Assembly: GCA_963772365.1 (NCBI GenBank)
Contig: CAVYXA010000005.1
Span: 224,001-288,000 of the forward strand
Reading direction: 5' to 3'
Origin: an uncultured Verrucomicrobiae bacterium
GTDB lineage: Bacteria; Verrucomicrobiota; Verrucomicrobiia; Chthoniobacterales; UBA10450
DNA length: 64,000 bases
Every line of letters begins with the position of its first letter. Within the stretch, counting starts at the first letter, position 1. The position numbers and the translations under genes were made by a program. The notes beneath the pieces were generated by a model. The model worked only from the letters and a program-made list of their open reading frames with translations. It ran no database searches and had not been told where the DNA came from. Below, in pieces: positions 58,761 through 64,000 of the stretch.

Positions 58761-59864
58761 CTACTTCTTTACTCCGCGTTTCGTCGTGAGATAAACCGCA
58801 AAACTCCCAAGCCAATGCCCGCCCTCATAATGTTCGCCGGTAACGGCGGAGAAACCGGCGCGGCGATGCGCCTCGGCGGCTGTTTGTAGCGCGGGCAGAC
58901 GAGGATCGTCTTTTGGCAGGCCGGAGATGATTCCCTCAAGCATCCATGCACGACTGAGATTCAGCCCATCGAGATGGGCCAGCTTCGGGTCGCTCGGATC
59001 TGTCGATGCTACGACGGAAAGCCAGTCGGACTTGGATGTCGATCCTACGACCGGAATTTGCGGGAGAAATTCCTTTAACCAACCAGCGAACTCCGTTTTT
59101 GTTAAAATGCGACGCATCACATCGGCTTCGCCCAGGCACGGCGAAAGGAAATCTTCGCCCGAAGGTTCGTAGTTCAGCGGACAATTCTTGTCGGCTAGAA
59201 AAAACCTTTTCGCCGAATCAATTGCCAGCTTGGCGAACGATTGATCTCCTTTGCCGCGCGCATAATCGAGAATCAATCCAAGTGCGAACGCGGTCTGATC
59301 GTGTTCGCCGATTCGCACCGGCTCCGATAATTTCGGCAACCATGCGCTCAATCGTTCCACCGCCGCGTCTTCCAGTGGTTTGAGATTGGCCAGCATTTCG
59401 CCCGCGTCGGGGTCGTCCCATTCGCGAAGTTCGGCGCACAATTGCAATAACCAGGCCAGCCCATATGGGCGCTCAAAACTCGCGCGGCCCTGACCGCGAA
59501 TATAGTCCGCTTCCTTTTTTAAATTCTCCGCAGTGAGACTTTCCTTTAGCGCTTCACGAGCTGCCTTTGCAAATGAAGCATTGGGAAAGGTTCGCAAAAG
59601 CCGGGCGAGCAGCCAATGCCCGTGCACTGACGAATGCCAATCGAAGCAGCCGTAGAACGCCGGAGTGAGTTTGCGCGGCGGCGCGACATCCGCGTCGCTG
59701 TTGAGGACATGTGCGATCTTATTCGGATACTCCTTGTGGACGCAGGCAAGCGCGAGATTCGCAAAGCGCTCCGCCGCTTTGGCATCAAAGGCTGGTGATT
59801 CTGTTTCGGCGGCAAGCTCAATCAGTGGGACGAAGGCGAGTACAATGCCGAGATATTTTATCAT
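58761..59864 (-). CDS. DUF2891 family protein
   Basis: FYGCFDWHSSVHGHW, HLDGLNLSRAW, YEGGHWLGSFA. Confidence 0.88.
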   Translation of the reverse strand: MIKYLGIVLAFVPLIELAAETESPAFDAKAAERFANLALACVHKEYPNKIAHVLNSDADVAPPRKLTPAFYGCFDWHSSVHGHWLLARLLRTFPNASFAKAAREALKESLTAENLKKEADYIRGQGRASFERPYGLAWLLQLCAELREWDDPDAGEMLANLKPLEDAAVERLSAWLPKLSEPVRIGEHDQTAFALGLILDYARGKGDQSFAKLAIDSAKRFFLADKNCPLNYEPSGEDFLSPCLGEADVMRRILTKTEFAGWLKEFLPQIPVVGSTSKSDWLSVVASTDPSDPKLAHLDGLNLSRAWMLEGIISGLPKDDPRLPALQTAAEAHRRAGFSAVTGEHYEGGHWLGSFAVYLTTKRGVKK

Positions 59865-59877
59865 TCCCAATCAATGT

Positions 59878-62800
59878 CTATTTCGCGCCACCCACGAGTT
59901 TTTCCGCCGCAGCGACATCACCCTCCAGCTTTTTCTCGCCGTCCTTCGCCTGTTGATCGAGTTGCCGAAACACTTCATAATGCGCCGCTGTCGGTCGGAC
60001 GTAAGACAAATCGATATCCGCGGCGAGGTAGGCGAGATGGTCCCGTAATCTCGTGGGATGAAGCAGGTCGCCCTCGCTCGATTTCATCGCCATCTGAGCG
60101 ACACTGTCGATGTCTCGATTGAGAGTGGCTACAGTGTTGGCTGCTTGCGCATCGGTCACGCTCTTGGCGGCGACGGCCTTCTCCAGTTTCTCGCGGGTAG
60201 CCAGCGCTGCGTTAACAGCTTTATCGAGCGTGTCGAGGTCGGCATGAATCTTTAGATCCAAATCCAAACGGGCCTGCAGATCCTGTTGTGTCGCATGAAG
60301 GCGCGGGTCGAGAGCGATCGTGAGCTTTTGTTGCATTTTTTGGCCGTCGTAATTGAGCGTGACCGTGTAGGTGCCGGGTACAACTACAGGACCTTCCACG
60401 GAATCCTCCAGTCCGCCGGCAGCGATGGGAGCGTGGTAACCGGTAATCTCTGTCGCGTAGGGATAGCGCAAGTCCCACTGGAGATGGTTCATTCCCGGCT
60501 CGACCGCGGCTAGCTTTGCTTCCTTTTCCTGGATCTTCAGGTCGGTGCTGATCTCAGTCTTGGCTTCTTCAGCGGCGTTCTCGAGATGCCGGCTCGCCTG
60601 CGGCTCGCTTGCCTTTGCTTTTTCTTTTTTCTCTTCTTCGGTGGCGAGATGCAGTGGGATGCTGCGAACCACTTTTCCGTGGGCATCGCTGAACTCCAGC
60701 GTCGCCGACGTTTTCCCGTCGTAGTTCTGGGGCATGTGGAAGAAAACGGTCGCGCCAAACGGCGGATTGTAACCGGCATTCGGTGGACGTCTCCAAGCCG
60801 GATCCGGCAGGCCATAGGCATGCGTGAGCCAGGCTTGTTCTGGAGCGAACAGGAAACTGCCATCGGATTGGACGCTCGGATTTTTCGTCAATTGCTCGAG
60901 AAACGTGAGATTACCGAGCACCCAAAATGCACGCCCATGCGTGGCCGCCGCGATCTCGCCCTGCCGCGTGTTTACCTGGAGATCGCGCACTTGAGCGACA
61001 GGAAGATTTAGCGTGAGCGGCTGCCAGTGGTCTCCTCCGTCCAGACTGAAATAGACCGTGCTGCGAGTACCGACGAACAAGAGCTTCGACTCGTTAGGGT
61101 CCTGCCGGAGATCGAAGACAAACTCATCATCGGGCAAGCCATTCGTGATCGCGGTCCAATGCTGTCCCAAGTCCGTCGTCTTGAAAATGTACGGCTTAAA
61201 GTCGTCCAGCATGTAACGGCGGGCCGTCAGAAACGCTGTGTTCTTGTCGGTGTGCGATGGCTCAATGCAACTGATCCAGGCGTGGTCTGGGAGTCCCGGC
61301 GGCGTTATCTTCTTCCAGTTCTTTCCGCCATCGGTGCTGACGTGCGCCAGGCCGTCGTCGGATCCGGTCCAAAGTAGATTGCCGTCAAGCGGAGAAATCG
61401 CGAGGGCCGAGACCAAAGGATAAATTTCGGCGCCGGACTGATCGAGATCGATCGGTCCGCCACTTGGTTTTTGTTTTTCAGGCTCGTTCCGGGTGAGATC
61501 GGGAGAAATTTGTTTCCACGTCGCGCCGTAGTCGTCGCTTCTGAATATGTACTGTGCCGCAGTAAACAGTTGCTTCGGGCTCGCCGGCGAAAACAGAATG
61601 GGATGCGTCCAGCCAAATCGATTCTTCAGCTCCCCGGATGATGAGCCTTCGTTATAATGCGGCCACGGACTCACGCTGCGATACTCGTCAGTGCGCTGAT
61701 CGTGCTTCACGAAAATGCTGTAATAGCCGCTCCCGTAGGTAATGTCCGGATCGCGCGGTTGCGGCACGGTGTAAGTGCTTTCGCCGTATGCGACTTCGTG
61801 CCAGGAGGAGAGCGGGATCAACCCTCCCGCATACGCGCTCGGTCCTTCGAACGAACCTTCATCCTGTTGTGCCCCATAAATGTGATACGGAAACTGATCG
61901 TCGATGTTGACGTGGTAAAACTGGCCGGTCGGCTGGTTGTGCTCGGTGCTCCATGTTTTGCCGCCGTCGATCGAAACCGTGGCGCCGCCGTCATTCCCTT
62001 CGAGCAAGATGTTTGTATCGTCCGGATTGATCCAGATCACGTGATTGTCGCCGTGCGGCGTTTTCAATTTAGTAAACGTCTTCGCGCCATCATGGGAAAC
62101 AAACAAAGCATCCACCTCCGGCGCATATACGGTGTTCGGGTCCTTGGGATCGGCGAAGATCGTCATGTAATAAAAAGCGCGTTGCCGCAGTTTCATGTCG
62201 TCGTTCACACGTTTCCACGTCCCGCCTCCGTCCTCGGAACGGAAAACCCCGCCTTCTTTTGCCTGAATGATCGCGTAAACTATGTCCGGTTTGCTGGCGG
62301 CGATCGAGACTCCCATGCGGCCGAGGGTTCCTTCTGGTAAACCCGGATTATGCGAGATGTTAGTCCAATGCGCGCCGCCATCGGTCGTCTTGTAAATGGC
62401 GCTCCCCGGGCCCCCGCTGGTTAGTCCCCACGGTTTCCGCTCGGCCTCCCACATTGTTGCATACAGCAGATCCGAATGATTCGGATCCATCACCAGGCAA
62501 ATGGCGCCGGTCTTGTCGTCCACGAACAACACTTTGTTCCACGACCTGCCGCCATCAGTGGATTTGAAAATGCCGCGGTTCGGATCAGGCGCGAACACAT
62601 GGCCCATTGACGCGACGTAAACAATATTCGGGTCCTTGGGATCGACCAAAATTGCGCTGATTGAATGCGCGTCGCGCAAACCGATAGGCTGCCACGTTTT
62701 GCCGGCGTCCGTTGACTTTAAAAGCCCATCGCCAGGAATCACATTCGCGCGGATGTCGGCCTCGCCCGTGCCGACATAAAGAATATCCGGATTGGATGAT

Positions 62801-63126
62801 GCCACTGCCACCGCGCCGATACTCGAGCTTGGTCCCGGCAACTTGCCGTCGGTGATGTTTTCCCATTCGACACCATCGTCCGTGCTGCGCCAAACGCCGC
62901 CGCCCACCGTACCGGCATAAAAAAGATTGTTGTTACCAGGGACGCCGGTCACCGTCACCACTCGACCGCCGATATAGGGGCCGACGCAACGCCATTTGAG
63001 TTTCGACATCAGTGCCTGGGCTGCTAATGGCTTCGCTGGCTGAGCTGTGACAACTGCGCCGAGGAGCGCCGCGATGGCAAAAATAAAAAGCGCACGAATG
63101 TTTACCAAGCCTAAAACATTTTCCAT
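59878..63126 (-). CDS. BNR/Asp-box repeat (VPS10/sortilin-like) glycosyl hydrolase-like protein
   Basis: Many SxDGGxTW repeats, GGRV, THGR and a signal peptide. Confidence 0.85.
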   Translation of the reverse strand: MENVLGLVNIRALFIFAIAALLGAVVTAQPAKPLAAQALMSKLKWRCVGPYIGGRVVTVTGVPGNNNLFYAGTVGGGVWRSTDDGVEWENITDGKLPGPSSSIGAVAVASSNPDILYVGTGEADIRANVIPGDGLLKSTDAGKTWQPIGLRDAHSISAILVDPKDPNIVYVASMGHVFAPDPNRGIFKSTDGGRSWNKVLFVDDKTGAICLVMDPNHSDLLYATMWEAERKPWGLTSGGPGSAIYKTTDGGAHWTNISHNPGLPEGTLGRMGVSIAASKPDIVYAIIQAKEGGVFRSEDGGGTWKRVNDDMKLRQRAFYYMTIFADPKDPNTVYAPEVDALFVSHDGAKTFTKLKTPHGDNHVIWINPDDTNILLEGNDGGATVSIDGGKTWSTEHNQPTGQFYHVNIDDQFPYHIYGAQQDEGSFEGPSAYAGGLIPLSSWHEVAYGESTYTVPQPRDPDITYGSGYYSIFVKHDQRTDEYRSVSPWPHYNEGSSSGELKNRFGWTHPILFSPASPKQLFTAAQYIFRSDDYGATWKQISPDLTRNEPEKQKPSGGPIDLDQSGAEIYPLVSALAISPLDGNLLWTGSDDGLAHVSTDGGKNWKKITPPGLPDHAWISCIEPSHTDKNTAFLTARRYMLDDFKPYIFKTTDLGQHWTAITNGLPDDEFVFDLRQDPNESKLLFVGTRSTVYFSLDGGDHWQPLTLNLPVAQVRDLQVNTRQGEIAAATHGRAFWVLGNLTFLEQLTKNPSVQSDGSFLFAPEQAWLTHAYGLPDPAWRRPPNAGYNPPFGATVFFHMPQNYDGKTSATLEFSDAHGKVVRSIPLHLATEEEKKEKAKASEPQASRHLENAAEEAKTEISTDLKIQEKEAKLAAVEPGMNHLQWDLRYPYATEITGYHAPIAAGGLEDSVEGPVVVPGTYTVTLNYDGQKMQQKLTIALDPRLHATQQDLQARLDLDLKIHADLDTLDKAVNAALATREKLEKAVAAKSVTDAQAANTVATLNRDIDSVAQMAMKSSEGDLLHPTRLRDHLAYLAADIDLSYVRPTAAHYEVFRQLDQQAKDGEKKLEGDVAAAEKLVGGAK

Positions 63127-63393
63127 AGTTCAATTCTCCGGTGAATTTCTAAGTCTCTACCTTTCTCTAAATATACGCATATGAGACGGTGCGAAAGTGC
63201 GACCAATTCGTCGGTGAGACGCGATCTCCCGGCGTGTTGGCACCACAATTGGCAGCCTGTGGCTGGGTAGATTTGCCATCGTCTTCGGAGAAGCCGATCC
63301 ACCACGACTGTCTTCGGAGAACGCTCGCGGTAGCATCCGCCTTATGATTTTGCCGGTGGAAACGCTCCCAAATTCTGTTACTGTTTTCTTCCC

Positions 63394-64000
63394 GTGAGTG
63401 AACGTTCTTCTACCGTTGCAGGAAGCTCCGACCGAGCCGATCTCCGCCCCGAAAATATCCAGGACGCCGTGATCCGCCTGGCCGGCAATTCCCAGGATGG
63501 AATTCAAACTGCCGGCGCGTTTTTAGCCCGTCTCGCCGGCCGCAGCGATCAGGATGTCATGACGTACATGACAATCCCAGCCACGATTTCGGGCGGACCG
63601 TCGATCTTCCAGGTCCGGATTGGTTCCGGCGAAGTGTTATCTGCCGGTGATGAAGCCGATTTCCTGGTCGCATTTTATCAGCACAGCTATCAGGACCACG
63701 TCAATTTCCTCAAGGAAGGCGGCGTCCTTCTTTACGACTCCGATAACGTCCAGCCGAACCTCGACGATAAACGTTACGTTTACGTCGGAGTGCCGATTAC
63801 CGGCCTGACAGTGGAAGCGCTCGGCGGCACGGCCAGGGACAAGGGAAAAAACATTTTCGTGCTCGGATTGATCTGCAAAATATTCAGTCTCGATGTCGAG
63901 AAACTTGAGCGGCTCATCACCGAGAAATTTTCCGGCAAAGACAAGAGCATCGCGAACACGGCGCTGATGGCGTTCCATGCCGGATATGCTTACCCGGTCG
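63394..64000 (+). CDS. 2-oxoacid:acceptor oxidoreductase subunit alpha (partial, runs off window end)
   Basis: Manual translation from GTG 63394: VIRLAGNSQDGIQ...IPATISGGPSIFQVR...KNIFVLG, open to the window end. Confidence 0.85.
   Translation, partial: MSERSSTVAGSSDRADLRPENIQDAVIRLAGNSQDGIQTAGAFLARLAGRSDQDVMTYMTIPATISGGPSIFQVRIGSGEVLSAGDEADFLVAFYQHSYQDHVNFLKEGGVLLYDSDNVQPNLDDKRYVYVGVPITGLTVEALGGTARDKGKNIFVLGLICKIFSLDVEKLERLITEKFSGKDKSIANTALMAFHAGYAYPV

Overview
This is a gene-dense bacterial core-genome window, most likely from a soil verrucomicrobium (Chthoniobacterales / Ca. Udaeobacter-like). That placement is inferred from the PEP-CTERM protein and the dockerin-tailed secreted proteins, not from a database search. 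In order it holds gap-pgk-tpiA directly followed by nuoI-N, an HNH gene, three large secreted proteins sharing a C-terminal dockerin-like tail, exbBD/tonB-like genes with guaB3 and fabF, a pilB-mglA-mglB operon, lemA/TPM genes, rnc, thiD, tRNA-Thr and tRNA-Ser, rpoA-rplQ, rpsN, assorted enzymes and the start of a 2-oxoacid:acceptor oxidoreductase. The most striking unexplained signal is a set of at least seven inverted-repeat elements built from 6-9 nt tandem units, located in the gaps between housekeeping genes. Three enclose a cargo gene (two four-helix-bundle/IVS-type proteins and one GxxExxY protein) and four are empty; one empty element has the same arms as the adjacent filled one. In most cases, pairing the arms would loop out the insert and bring the upstream stop codon close to the downstream start codon. 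Many single-base frameshifts, including in rplQ and rpsN, most likely reflect long-read indel errors.
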